Both the position numbers and the translations under genes were made by a program. 64,000 nucleotides of DNA. It comes from Lama guanicoe (taxonomy: Eukaryota). Location: positions 8,425,997 to 8,489,996 of the forward strand of contig MU057073.1 of the NCBI GenBank assembly GCA_013239625.1. The letters run 5' to 3'. A model generated the notes under the pieces. It saw only the letters and a program-made list of their open reading frames with translations. It searched no databases and was not told the origin of the DNA. Below, one piece after another: positions 11,468 to 23,808 of the stretch; positions within the stretch are counted from its first letter, which is position 1; each line of letters begins with the position of its first letter.

Positions 11468-11580
11468 GGGGGTGGGTATAGCTCAGTGGTAGAGCGCATG
11501 CTTAGTATGCACAAGGTCCTTGGTTCAATCCTCAGTACCTCCATTAAAATGAAATGAAATGAAATGAGGTAAAATAAAAA
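11468..11580 (+). mobile_element. tRNA-Ala(AGC)-derived camelid SINE (Vic-1-like), short form
   Basis: GGGGGTGGGTATAGCTCAGTGGTAGAGCGCATGCTTAGTATGCACAAGGTCCTTGGTTCAATCCTCAGTACCTCCA with A box TAGCTCAGTGG, B box GGTTCAATCC and an A-rich (GAAAT)n tail. Confidence 0.9.
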
Positions 11581-12405
11581 GCACAAAATAAAACATTGGC
11601 CACTATCTAAAAACACTTAAAATCCACCCTTAGAAGCCCAATTAACCCCACCTGGGGGCTGAATTTTGCCCAGGGGCCATCATCTGGTGACCCTGGCTGA
11701 AAAGCGCCACCAGCCCCCAAGCTACAAGGGGAAATGGGCATCCACCTTTCCGATGGGAAACCGAGGCTCCCCCCACCTCCATCACGGAGAAGGGAGGGAG
11801 CTGCCCCGAGGCCAGTCACCACGGGGGAGGGAGCCTTTTCGCTGGTGCACCCGACGTGGGCTGGACGGGACCTCCCCATGCAGCCTGGGACACCAAGGCC
11901 TGCAGCGCGAGGAGGGCCCCGAGTTCCCACCGTGTAGGCAACGTCTGAACCAGAGGGGAACCCACTGCTCCCGGCCTCCTTGGTGGCATCTCCACTGCTG
12001 GTTTGGCCCCGGCAGGGCCGTGGGAGGTGCCCTGGTTTGGGCGGCCTCTGCGGGCACGCCCTCACTGGCCTCTGTGGGTGGCTCTGGCCCTTGGTGAGTG
12101 TTCAGGGGCTGGGGCTGTGCATTTGGCTGACAGCTTGCCAAAACCCCGGTGAGGGCTGAGCCACCAGGCTTGAGAAAGACTATGGCTGTTTATTTAAGAT
12201 CTTACAAATAGTTTACAGCCAATGGAGCAGAGTTTACAGGCCAGGACTTCACCGCCCGGCAGTCTGAGAGGCTGCGGGGAGGGCAGACACCTAGCAGGTC
12301 CCCACACTTCAGGTAAGTGCTTGCTTGTGGGGCCTCCTCCTGACTGGAAGGCGCTGGGGGCCCTGGCTCCCGCCTGGCTTGACACACTCTCTGGGCTTCC
12401 CCCAC

Positions 12406-12813
12406 TGTGGTGGGTTGAACTGTGTCCCCTCAAAGAGACATGCTGAAGTCCTAACATCAGATTCCAGATGATGGGGCCTTATTTGGAAGCAGGGTTTTGC
12501 AGATGTAATTGAGTTAGGACAAGGTCACGCTGGAGCAGAATGGACCCTAAGTCCGATGACTGGGGTTCTTACGAGAAGGCCACGCCAAGGCGCGGAGACA
12601 CACAGGGAGGAGAAGGCAGGCGAAGATGGAGAGATTGGAGTTGCACTGTCGCAAACCCAGGACTGGCACGGGTGGCCTGGAGCACCAGAAGATGGAGAGA
12701 ACAAGGAAGAACTCTTCCCTCGGCCCTTCAGAGACCGCCCGGCACAGCTGACACCTTGACTTTGAACTTCTGGCCTCCGGAACTGTGAGAGAAGACATGT
12801 CTGCTGTTTGGCC
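12406..12813 (+). mobile_element. MaLR solo LTR, MLT1C/B-like
   Basis: 'tgtggtgggttgaactgtgtcccc...gccttatttggaagcagggttttgcagatgtaatt...gacaccttgactttgaacttctggcctccggaactgtgagag'. Confidence 0.85.
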
Positions 12814-13339
12814 AAGAGGACGTGGTCCTGAGCCTATAAGTGACGATCTCCTGGGACTCTCAGGGGGATAGCTGAGGTTCTCCCGGGGCAGGGAGAAGAC
12901 GAGGTCTGCGGATGGGATGGAGACAGGTGAGAGGAGAGCTGTATCTGCGCTCCTGCGCCTGCGCTCCTGGTCCTCCCAGGTGTGGGGCCGGCAAGTGGGC
13001 AACTCAGCCAGGCAGGGTTTGCACAACCCTCGCTACTTGGTGTGGTCACTGTCCGACAGCAGTGGCCTGTTGGACTGTGGGTTCTCAGGCTTGGCCCAGA
13101 CCTCCCTCATGAGAAGCTGCGTTTTGCCACTATACCTGGTGACTCACAGGCATGTGGGGCTGGAGAAGCTCCAGGCTACGGACGGCGGCGGGTAGCAGGA
13201 TGTCTGGACGTGCTTCTCCAGTGCCTCTGGGCTCTCCTGGGTTTTCCACAGGAGCTGCAGTGACTGAGCCAAACCAGGGTCTGCAAAGGCTGGTGTTGAG
13301 AAGAGAAGAGAAGATTCTGTACTTTGGGGGCCCCAAACT

Positions 13340-14240
13340 TGTCTTCCTTCCCTGCTTCCACCCCAGTGCTCCAGCCAGAAACCTGGGCGTCACCCAGAAT
13401 CCTCCCTTCTCTTGACCCTCTGCCTGGCCTGGCCACCAAACCCCAGGGATTACACCTCCTAAGTAAAGGGAGGAGGTCTGTCCTCTCTCCATCCCCATCG
13501 TCAGCCTCTCCTTCTTGCCTGTGCGACTCTTATGGACCCTAAATTTCTCCGGTCCCCTGCAGACCTGCCTCCTTGAAGCCACTCTCCCCCTTATGGACAG
13601 AATGATGGTAAAATCTCCAGTTCTCACCAGGTCAGGCTCCTGCTTAACCCTCAGAGCCCCATCCCTTTGCCTCATCTTCACAGAAGGACCTAAATCCTTG
13701 CTGGGGCCTGGAGGCCTGGACTGAGTTGTCCCTGCCTTGTCTCATGCTGCTCTGCCCCAACCCCCTGCTCAGAGGCCACCAGCCTCCTCTTACCCGTCAG
13801 GGCACTGTGTGTGCCCCTTCCCCGTGCAGGGGGTTTACCCATGCAGGTTCTTCCTCCTGGGCAGCCCCCATCTTCCCCTTGTTCAATTGCTACCTCATCC
13901 TTGAGACGCCACCTCTTCAGGAGGCCTCCCTGACGTTTGCGTCCTGCGCCCTTTGCTTCTCCCCATCGGCACTTGTCGCAGTGCTGATTCGCGGGTAGCA
14001 CTGTGTGCACCAGCTGGAGGCTCACTTGGGCCAGGAAAGCAGAGGCCGGGTGTGCCTTCCTCTCCGCATCCCCGGGCCGGGCACGGTCACCGGGGCAGCC
14101 TCCCCTCTGGCCCCCGCCAGCCATCCCTCTCCAGGGGCGCCAGAATGGTTTTGCTGTAGGACCAGCCTGATCGCACTGTGCCTGCACCCAGTTCCCTCGT
14201 GGAGCCCAAGGGGTGCTGAGAGGATAAATGAATGACTGAG
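13340..14240 (+). mobile_element. L2 LINE 3' portion
   Basis: 'ccagccagaaacctgggcgtcacc', 'ctcctgcttaaccctcag', 'ccacctcttcaggaggcctccctgac' and the tail 'ataaatgaatgactgag'. Confidence 0.75.
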
Positions 14241-14399
14241 TTACAAAGGAATCTATGCAGTTACTCAGTCCTTAAGTGAAGGGAGCAAAACGTGCAATTT
14301 CAGAATATCGATTGAAACAATAAATAAGAGGAGCTGTGTTAGCTTCTCCCTCATCTTGTGTCAGCAGCACAGCTCACCTCTGTGAAACAGTCATCGTCG

Positions 14400-14800
14400 T
14401 TGTATTTTAATTGTTAATTGTCTGTGTTGGGGCCTGGTTTAAATGTATGAAAGTGCAGGAACCTTCAGGATGGAGCTGGATGCGTTGGCAGCTGGGTAAC
14501 CACCACCCAGACCCAGGTGTGGGATGTCTCCAGCCCCTTCTAGGCCCCCTCGTGCTGCTCCCAGCCCCTACCCCACGCCAGAGGCAACTACTGCTCTAGC
14601 TTCTGTCACCCTGGGAGTTTCGTCTGCTCTTGAACTTCTCATAAATGAACTCACCTGGAGCGGGCCTCTCTGCTGGCCTCTCACACACCATGGATGTTTG
14701 AGATTCAGCATGTTGGGTGTGTGGGGGGCAGTTCATTATGTTTCATTGCTGTGTAATATTCCATCATCTGAATCCATCACTTCTTGTGTGTCTGTCCCTG
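14400..14800 (-). mobile_element. Old L1M (L1ME-like) 3' fragment
   Basis: 'ccagaggcaactactgctct...ttgaacttctcataaatgaa...ttcattgctgtgtaatattccat'. Confidence 0.65.
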
Positions 14801-15119
14801 ACATCTTACAGAGGGTGGGACATAGAGGCATTTATGGCATGTCTGTGGTTGCACATTTAATAAAATGGTGATGCTGGGAAATCTGTTTTCTGTCGAGACT
14901 TGTGCTTAACCTTCACCTTCCTGCCACATTTCTGGACAAAGTAGGTTGATTGGGAAACAGTCATTTAGGGTAGGGCAGAGGTGCCCCAAGTGCAGAGAGA
15001 GGGAAGGAAGCTTGAACCCTGGACATGATGACCTTGGGAACAGCAGACCACCTCCCCAAACTGCATTTTCTCCTGTACAAACAGTGATGGGACTGGCCTC
15101 CTTCAAGAATCAGTGTGTG

Positions 15120-15692
15120 GAAAACTGTAATGCAAAAAAAATGCATTCCAATATTCAAAGAAGCACTATTTGCAAAAGCCAAGACATGGAAGCAACCTAA
15201 GTGTCCATTGACAGATGATGGGATTAAAGCAAATGTCTAGATTCAATGGAAATACTACTCAGCCATAAAAAAGAACGAAAAATAATGCCATTTGCAGCAA
15301 CGTGGATGGACCTAGAGATGGTCATATGAAGTCAGACAGAAAAAGACAAGTATCATGTGATATCACTTATATGTGGAATTTTAAAAATAATACAAATAAA
15401 CTGATTTACAAAACAGAAACAGACTCCCAGACATAGAAAACCAACTTACAGTTACCAAAGGAAAGGGGAATGGGTAGGGAGGGATAAATTAGGAGTTTGG
15501 GATTAACATTTATAAAGTAGATAAACAGCAAGGACCTACTGTATAGCACAGGGACAATATTCAATATCTTGTAATAACCTATAATGGGAAAGAGTCTGAA
15601 AAAGAATATATGTGTATAACTGCATCACTTTGCTGTATCCCTGAAACACTGTAAGTCAACCACACTTCAATTTGAAAAAAAAGAATAAAAAG
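15120..15692 (+). mobile_element. 5'-truncated cetartiodactyl L1 (end of ORF2 plus 3' UTR)
   Basis: 'gccaagacatggaagcaacctaagtgtccattgacagatg', 'aaggacctactgtatagcacaggg', A-rich tail; perfect TSD GAATCAGTGTGTG at 15107-15119 and 15693-15705. Confidence 0.92.
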
Positions 15693-16225
15693 GAATCAGT
15701 GTGTGTTCAGTAAGTTCTATCAAATCTCTGAAGAAACGAAGGTGCAGATGCAGTCTTGCTGTGTGATCTTGGGCAGGTCCCCTTCCTGCTCTGGGCTTTG
15801 TCACCATCTCTGAGAAACCAGGGGTGGGCTCTGCCCCAGGGTCCCGGCCGCCCTCAGGCTATGAAGCTCCTTGCCTGGTGGCCTCTCGGGAGACCTGGTC
15901 GGTGACCTGGTCTGAGATTCCACTGCTCAGTCGGGAGGGGTGGGGGGCACACTGGGGACCGGCGAGTGCCATGTTTGTTTGACTTGAGTCCATCCCCTGG
16001 TGTCCGCAAATTCACTTTTGTTTATTTTCCTGAGAAGCTAAACAGGCCAGTGAGACTGAGCAGTCCACTCCAGACCTGCGTTTTCGCTGTAAAAATATTT
16101 TTGCGGGTCAGAAAATTGCACCAAAATGTTTTCACAGGCAAAACGCTGCTGTGTGCTGCTTGGCCCTGTGGCTGGGTGCCCGCGGGGGCTGGGGCTTTGC
16201 ATGTGCCTCGTGGGGGACACATTTC

Positions 16226-16482
16226 AATAATAATAATAACAACAAACATGAATGTAGCCCTTACTCTCTGTCTGGGGGTTTGCCCAGGGAGTTCTGGGGT
16301 GATGTTTCCACCCTCACCCCTCCCTCTGTGATCAGTGTGATTGTCGTCAGTCCCATTTTGCAGATTAAGGAAATGAGGCCCAGAGAGGTTGAGCGACTTC
16401 CCTAAGGTCACACAGCCTCCAAGGAGCAGAGCCAGGGTTAGAAACCATGTCTGTTGACCTCAGAGGCTACGTTCTTACCCAA
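16226..16482 (-). mobile_element. Near full-length MIR
   Basis: 'cccattttgcagattaaggaaatgaggcccagagaggttgagcgacttccctaaggtcacacagc'. Confidence 0.88.
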
Positions 16483-17485
16483 TGTGATCCACCTCTGAGG
16501 CCTTAATTCACACCTGGGACAAACCCTGGGTTCTTCTAGCAACATTTTTTTGTGTCATTATGGTTTCCAGCAGTTTTCTAGGATGAAGTTACCTGTAAAA
16601 GTTTCATAAACTTCAACCTTGTTGCCAATCTAGTGAAAGCCAGAACATTCTATGTGTAGAAGATGATTAGAGCCAGAGAGGCCTTGAAGATCACCTCCTA
16701 TAATCTGAACCTGGAGCTGGGGCTCCCAGCGACAGTGGGGGCAGGACAGCCGGAGTGGCCTGTCCGAGGGGCAGCTCACAGCTGGGTCAGTGACATCTTC
16801 AGGTGGCAGCTTTCAGAGGAGTCATTCAAGCCCCTGGGACATGTGTGGGGGCTCAGCCACTTTGGGATGAAGGGGAGTGCCTTGGCCATCAGCCCTTTTT
16901 CTGTGTCCAGTGTCCATCTGCCCCTCAGCCATGTAATCCCTACAAGTAACGTCGTGATGCCAAGAAGCTTACATCACTGCTCTCACCATTGTCCCTGTGC
17001 CCAGCACGCAGCCCTGGGCCGGGCACGGAGGTCTCTGTAAACAATTTTTAAACAAAACTGTATCACATTTAGAACCATTTAGTCCAGGATGACAGTCCTC
17101 TAAATGGGCTGGATATGACTGGCCCTCACGTCAGCCTGGACATAAAGGTGGATTTTATACATGAAACATTTTCTTTTAGAAATCAGGAGAGCTGCCCAAT
17201 CCTCATGTCCTGGGCTTTGTGCTGGACCTTGAGAGCCCATGGTGTCGTGGGGGAAATGCACTCGACAGGCCACAGCCCAGGGGGTGGCGCTCAACCAGAG
17301 GAGGGGTAACAAACCTTGTCACTCTTTCCTTCTGCCTATAAATCTATAGCGAATGAAAAGAAGATGGCTCCTGGAAAAATAGCGGTGTGGCGCACAGGGA
17401 AAAGGACTCCAGTGCAGCTCAGGAAGGGCTTTGTGCTAGTCAGTTCTCTCCAGTGGACTTGGTAGTAAGCTCTAGTCACTGATTT

Positions 17486-17670
17486 TCATCCATTCATCCA
17501 TCCATGCCTTTTATCCTCTTGACTGCAGTCCATCCAACCATCCAACCATCCATGCATCCATCTAAGCATCCATCTGTTCACCCACTCACCCACCCATTCA
17601 CCCACCCATCCTTCCATCCATCCATCCACCCAACTATCTTTCTTCCATACATCTACCCTTCCACCTACTC
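17486..17670 (+). repeat. (CCAT/CCAC)n degenerate tetranucleotide repeat
   Basis: catccattcatccatccat...cacccattcacccacccatcc. Confidence 0.85.
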
Positions 17671-17974
17671 AACCCTCCATTTGCCCCTCAAGCATATACT
17701 GAGAGCCCAGTCTATATCAAGCTCTTTGTTGGAATCCTGACATTCAAAAGATGAATATGGGATCCTTTCCACTGAGAGACTCCCAGGGTAGTCAGGGAAG
17801 CTCAACTCTTCAAATGGACCACCTGCTGGACACAGGGCTGAGGGGGTCTCTGCATGGTCAAGGTGGGACAGGGCGGTCATGAAGGGCCTTCCAACTTAGA
17901 CATTCTCTGGTTCAAGAACCACTTTAGTGACTTCCCTCATGTTTCAACCTCAACCACGATTACTCAAAGTGCAC

Positions 17975-18520
17975 ACTTGTCTGTTCAACCCCAATTGTGT
18001 GTATATGGCCTCTTGGGCGGCCAGCTCTGGGGATGCAGCCAGACCATGTCCTGTTCCCATGGAATTTACACCCTCGTGGGGAAGTCAGTCAATGAAGAAA
18101 TATGCATCAGCCAATGATAAATTCTACGTAGAAACGTGCAGTCTGGGAAGAGGATGGAGAGATCTGGGCGGGGCGGGGTCGGAGCTGGGAGATAGGTTGT
18201 TAACTTGGATAGAATGGTCGGGGAGGGGCTCTCTGACAAAGGCGCATTTCTGCAGACTCCTGCAGACAGGGAGGGCCTCTGGGAAAAATGTGCAGGGCAT
18301 GCAGCAAGGGCAAAGGCCTTGAGGTGGAATAGGCTTGGAGTGTTCCAGAAAGAACCAGGAGGCCAGTGTGAGGAGAAGAGTGTTAGCAAGTGGCGGATGG
18401 CGGGGGCGTGGGGGGTCACGTAGGAGGCTAGAGGCATCCAGAGCTGGAGCCCAGGAGCTGTTGGGCCACCCTGAGGTCATCTCAGTCCTGGTGAGTGAGT
18501 GCCTGGAGTGTCAGGATCTA
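17975..18520 (-). mobile_element. L2 LINE 3' portion
   Basis: 'gtcggggaggggctctctgacaaag', 'gcaaaggccttgaggtggaataggcttggagtgttccagaaagaaccaggaggccagtgtg'. Confidence 0.8.
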
Positions 18521-18589
18521 TTCTGCATATTAAAAGGGTCCCAAAGACCCAAAGGGCTGCTAAGTGGAAAAGAGACTGTAAAGCAAAAA

Positions 18590-19020
18590 TAGAAGCAGAG
18601 TCAGTGGGAGATGTGCTGGCCTAAGGAAGCTGAGTCAGAGAGAGGGAGAGATTAGACGCCTCCCTCCCGCATTGGAGCCAGAGGACGGGGCCACCAGCCA
18701 AGGGCTGCGGGCGGCCTCTAGGGCTCCAGCCTCAAGCATGAACCAGCCCTGCTTACACATTGGTTTGAACCCTGTGAGGCCCGTCTTGGACTTCTGACCT
18801 CTAGAGTTACAGAAGAATAAATAGTTATTTTTAAAAAATTGACTTAAATATTTTTAATATTAAAAAATATTTTAAAACACAACCTGACACACTGTATATA
18901 TGCATTTTAAAATGTCAATATTCATAATAAAAGACACAAATGAAAGCAACAACAGTGTGTATTATGTTAAATCATTGAGGTTGTGCTAATTTGTGACGGC
19001 AGCAGCGAGGAACACGTGCG
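18590..19020 (+). mobile_element. MaLR LTR (MLT1D-like) with an AT-rich insert at ~18822-18955
   Basis: 'ggggccaccagccaagggctgcgggcggcctctag', 'ttggacttctgacctctagagttacagaagaataaat', ending 'ctaatttgtgacggcagcagcgaggaacac'. Confidence 0.7.
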
Positions 19021-19034
19021 CAGACAGGCCTCCC

Positions 19035-19284
19035 CTGAGGCCTGTCTCCTGGGCTTGTAGATGGCTGTCTCCTTCCTGTGTCTTTGCCTGGTCTTTCCTC
19101 TGTGTGTGTCCATGTCCTCTTCCTATAAGACACCAGTCAGACTGGACTAGGACCCACCCAGATGGCCTCATTTTGACTTAATCACCTCTTTAAAGGCCCT
19201 ACCTCCAAATACAGTCACACTTGGAGGTGATGGGGGTGGGGCTTCAACATAGGAAATTGTGGGGGGCACAGTTCAGCCCGTCAC
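19035..19284 (-). mobile_element. MaLR LTR fragment (MLT1B-like)
   Basis: 'ttaatcacctctttaaaggccctacctccaaatacagtcacac...ggcacagttcagcccgtcac'. Confidence 0.85.
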
Positions 19285-19539
19285 CCCTTGTAGGGTACAG
19301 GCTTTTCCCCACTTACTAACTGGGAAACTCTCCAAGTGGCAAATGAACTTGACCCAGGCTCCAAGCCAAAGCATCCTTTGCCGCCAACCCATGCTGCCTG
19401 GAAAGCAGACCGTCTCCGCTCCCCGCTGCTGGGTCCCGTCCCCACAGGCTCACCCCATCAGCGACGGGGGGCCTGGTGCCCGAGGGGCCCGGCCCTGCCG
19501 CCCGCGCTCACACCACGTCTTGGGTCGTCCCCGTGGCAG

Positions 19540-19940
19540 TGGCCTTGGTGTAATCAAACACCCCTGAGTCAGATGTCACAGAATTCACAGTCCTCCACAT
19601 GGCATAAACAGAGTCTAAGTCACATGCCAGTGAAAGGATATTGCCTCTTAAATAGGTCCTGACAGCTGTGGAAAATATTCTGCCCGGACAGAATCCTCAC
19701 ATACGACAGACGTTAATTCTGAAAGAACGCCTGGACCGGTCCTCCGGATCGTTTGTAAGATTTTATTTTATTATGGATTGGATGTATTGAAGTAAGACTA
19801 TAATCTTATTGTGCTCTGACCTCTGTTTTTATAGCTCAGTATAAACAGCAGTTACCGTGTTAGATGGAGAGATGTTTACAGATGGAGAAATAAAAACATG
19901 CCGATTTACTGTGTTGCAGAAACCTGAAACCAGCCCACGG
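19540..19940. promoter_or_regulatory. Candidate enhancer (repeat-free AT-rich island)
   Basis: TGAGTCA 19565, TGACAGCTG 19660, ATAAACA 19604 and 19841, TGTTTAC 19873. Confidence 0.35.
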
Positions 19941-20199
19941 CGGGGCCTGGGTTTTGTACATCAGGGGCCCGGTCCTGTTGGGAGCAGACAGCTTTGATGG
20001 GCAGGAACTCAGGGCGGGGCTTCGGCTGTGGGCTCCTTTCTGTGGGACGACGCAAGCTCAGGGCTCCAAAGTGTCAAGTCTTCACTGCCAACATCCCTCT
20101 AAAGGCTTCGAGATGCAGGCCGTTTGGATCCCCTGGTTGGACAGGAAGGCTTACTGGCCGAGAGGGTTTGGTTTCTGTTCTCTGTGCGTTGCTTCCCAG

Positions 20200-20410
20200 G
20201 TGCAGAGACTGTGAGGAGGGAGGACACGGTTGTCAGAGCTGGGCTGACCTGGGGTTGATCCTGGCTCTGTGTTTCATGATTCTGTGACCTTGAGCTTAAA
20301 CCCTCCGAGCCTGGGTTTTCCCCTCTGGAACGTGGGAGCGAGAACACCTGTCTCACAGGTTCTTGTGAGGAATGATGGAGATGACAGACAGAAGGCGCTG
20401 GGCACGCAAG
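20200..20410 (+). mobile_element. MIR SINE
   Basis: 'gacctggggttgatcctggctctg...ctgtgaccttgagcttaaaccctccgagcctgggttttcccctctggaa...ctcacaggttcttgtgagga'. Confidence 0.75.
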
Positions 20411-20974
20411 AAAGTTCCTTTTCTTTGCCCTCCTTTTCCTTGTAAATCCTGTCACATTTTCGTTAGGGAGGGCTGGACGGTTCCTGGTGAGCGGCCATCT
20501 CATGGAGGCTGTGGGCCACTTTACGGTGTCCACTTGGCTCCCCAAAGGAGGTGCCTCCCCCTTGGTTCCTTCCTTCCTGACTCACCATGCATGGAAGGCC
20601 TGCTGGGGACATGTGCAAGGAGAAAACAAGAAAGAGAAGGATGGGCTGTTGGGAGTGGGGACAAAGGAAGGTTTAACTGGGAAGGCAACCGCTGAGGGAA
20701 AACCCAAACCGTTTTCCAAGTAAAAGTCCACGTACGTCCTTGGGAGAAGAGGACACCAGGCAGGGGGAGCAGCAGAGGCAAAGGCTGGGAGGCAGGGGCA
20801 GGCAGGGGTGGAGCGAGGGGACAGTGATGGGGATGTGGTCAAGGACATGGTGGGGTCAGACGAGGTCAGCCGTCTAGGTGTGTGTGGCCTGGTCACAGAA
20901 ATGATGCTGCCGTCCACCCGCTGGCCGCCAGGGTCCTGGTGTCTCTCAATGGCAAGCCTGGGAGGAGCAGGGGG

Positions 20975-21314
20975 CGCTATGAACTGAATGTTTGTACATT
21001 GAATCCCTAACCCACGGTGTGATGGTGTTAGGAGGTGGGGCCTTTGAGGGGTGATTAGGTTTCAATGAGCTCAGGAGGGTGGAGCCCCCAGGATGGGGTT
21101 AGCATCCTTTTAAGAAGAGACACCAGAGCTCTTTCTCTCTGCTCACACACAGAGGTCCCGCGAGCACACAACGAGGAGACGCCCTCCTCCAAGCCAGGCG
21201 CCAAAGCGACCAGCACCTTGGTCTTGAACTTCCAGCCTCCAGAGCTGTGTGAAATAAATGTCTAAGCCACCCAGTCTGGGGTGTTTCTGACGGCAGCCAG
21301 GGCTGACTAAGGCA
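20975..21314 (+). mobile_element. MaLR solo LTR MLT1A-like
   Basis: '(c)gctatgaactgaatgtttgt...gaggtggggcctttgaggggtgattagg...gctgactaaggca'; 5-bp TSD GGGGG at 20970-20974 and 21315-21319. Confidence 0.9.
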
Positions 21315-22167
21315 GGGGGATCCCCATGTCAAATCCTGGCTCAGACAGGGGTGTCATTTAGTTGGGTCAAAGGCTTGCCCCACAATTGTTAGAAATCACC
21401 CACCCATTGGGTAACTGTTAGAATGGCTTGTGGGGCCATTTCTACTGTAGTGACTCCATCTGGTTTGTTCCCATACTCTCACACATGTATTGGAATAAAT
21501 TAAATACTTTAAAAATTTGTATTTATGTATTAATTAATGTTTCAATTTATACTGCCATAGTACTTGACAAAACAATTATCCTGTCTGCATGAGGGTGGCA
21601 TATGTCACCTCTATGTTTGCTGTCAACTCTAACTTTCACTAGTTTTCTCCTTCTCCCTCTGTGTCTCAAGTCCCAAGCACCAACGTTCTAAATGTCACCC
21701 TATCCCCCTCAGTCCTCACCACACCAGCTCACTGGGTTCTTCAAGTCTCAGGCAGGGTCCTCCATCTCCTCTTCGCCACCTTCCATTGGCCGCTTCCCCC
21801 AGCAAAGACTCACTCAGTGTTCCCGCATTCGTGTAACGAGAGTGTACATTGCACACGTCTACTTGAGTTGCTGGGGAGACAGCCATGAACAAGGCAAAGA
21901 CCCGACCTCATGGGGCTGACGCTGGAGGGGGAATGAGAGACAGAAGTGTGACGTGCACTCCATGCCCAGGGACAGAGAGCACAAGGGGGAAGATGGAGCA
22001 GGGCGAGGGGATGGGGCCTGGGCCAGCAGCTTTCAAGGGGAGCCCCTCTAAAAAGGCTTCATTCCTGCTGACATGAAGGACTTCCTGGGTCCCCCGTCCT
22101 GGGTGGTTTGTGATTATTTCTTATCCCAGATCGGAGCATTTTAGGTACAATAAAAAGTTTGTGGGGA

Positions 22168-22952
22168 CTATGGAAAACAGTATGGAGATTCCTTTAAAAA
22201 CTAAAAACAGAGTTGCCATATGATCTAGCAATCCCACTCCTGGGCATATATTCAGAGAAAATTCTAATTTGAAAAGATACATGCACCCCAATATTCATAG
22301 CANNNNNNNNNNNNNNNNNNNNNNNNNNNNNNNNNNNNNNNNNNNNNNNNNNNNNNNNNNNNNNNNNNNNNNNNNNNNNNNNNNNNNNNNNNNNNNNNNN
22401 NNNNNNNNNNNNNNNNNNNNNNNNNNNNNNNNNNNNNNNNNNNNNNNNNNNNNNNNNNNNNNNNNNNNNNNNNNNNNNNNNNNNNNNNNNNNNNNNNNNN
22501 NNNNNNNNNNNNNNNNNNNNNNNNCAGGGATGGACCTCAAGGTTATCATACTATGTAAGTAAATCAAACGGAGAGAGACAGATATCATATGATACCACTT
22601 ATCTGTGAAATCTTAAAAAATGACACAAATGAACTTATTTACAAAACAGAAACAGACTCACAGATGTAGAAAACTAACTTATGGTTACTGAAGGAGAAAG
22701 AGGTGGGGAGAGATAAATTAGGAGTTTGGGATTTGCAGATACAAGTTACTATATATAAAACAGATAAACAACAAGGTCCTACTGTATCGTGCAGGGAAGT
22801 ATATTCAATATCTTGTAATAATCTATAATGAAAACGAATATGAAAGATATATATAGATATATATCTATATATATGAAAAATTTAAATGTGTAACAGAAGC
22901 ACTGTACTGTCCACCAGAAGCTAAAACAACGTTGTAAATCAACGATCATTCA
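22168..22952 (+). mobile_element. 5'-truncated cetartiodactyl L1 (partly N-masked at 22303-22524)
   Basis: 'ctatggaaaacagtatggagattcc...gagttgccatatgatctagcaatcccactcctgggcatata'; TSD aaaaagtttgtgggga (22152-22167) / aaaaagtctgtcggga (22953-22968). Confidence 0.92.
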
Positions 22953-23581
22953 AAAAAGTCTGTCGGGAGAGGGGAGAGCTGGAAGGACTCACACCTTTTA
23001 CACAGAGCTTTTGGTTTATTCTCTTTTCTAGGGCTTCGTGTGGGCCCCTGTGAGGGCAGGGCAGGTGAGGACACTGTACCCAGGGGGGCCATCAGTGACT
23101 CTGCAAGGTCGGGCATTAGCTTAGCAGGGAGGCAGCAGAGCCGTCACGTCCAGGCAGGTGCCATCTCGGGTGGCTGGGCTTGGCGCAGTGTGTGTGGGGA
23201 GCCTGGTGCGGGTCACCTCTGCCTGTCCGCTTCAGTCTTCCCGTCGGCGTGTGCCTGCCCATCCCCTCAAGGGTGGCGCCGGAGAAGGGAAGGGAAATTA
23301 TGGTTCTCCTCAAAAGCCAATGGCCTGGAACTCAGGGGGAGGCACAGACCAGTCCTGAGTGGCTCTATGCAGCGTTGGACGTTGCAGCTCAATGCAAAGA
23401 GCCTATTTGAATGAGGAGCACCGTCCCGGAGGGAAAGGCCCCTCTCCGGAGTTCCCGGCGCAGGAGGTGTGGCGCCGAGATGGAAGGAAGATGGGCTGAT
23501 GGAGGAGGTGAGCAGACTCCGCCATCCGGCAAGGATCCAGACTCCCCGTCCTCCTTGATTTGAGTGTCTGTGAGTCTAGGG

Positions 23582-23808
23582 CAGTGGTTCTCCACTAGGG
23601 GCGATTTTACCCCCCAGGGGACATTTGGCAAAGTCTGGAGACATTTTTGGTCATCACACTATTGTGGGGAGGGGCTTTGGCTCCTGGTATCTAGGGGATA
23701 GAAGCCAGGGGTGCTGCTGGACATCCTACAGCCCTCACTGCAGCCCCGCCCCTCTACAAACCGTGATCTGGCTCCCAGTGTCCACAGGGCCAAGCCTGAG
23801 AAACCCTG
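23582..23808 (+). mobile_element. MER20 (hAT-Charlie non-autonomous DNA transposon)
   Basis: TIRs CAGTGGTTCTC...GAGAAACCCTG; internal 'ggggcgattttaccccccaggggacatttggcaaagtctggagacatttttggt'. Confidence 0.9.

Noticed and set aside
11468-11543. Functional tRNA-Ala gene (also at 45.4, 55.9 and 59.9 kb)
   Set aside because: Stem and anticodon-arm mismatches, A-rich tails, TSDs at several copies and multiple dispersed copies indicate SINEs
13130-14187. 183-aa and 165-aa ORFs on the - strand
   Set aside because: They lie largely within a GC-shifted L2 fossil where stop codons are depleted
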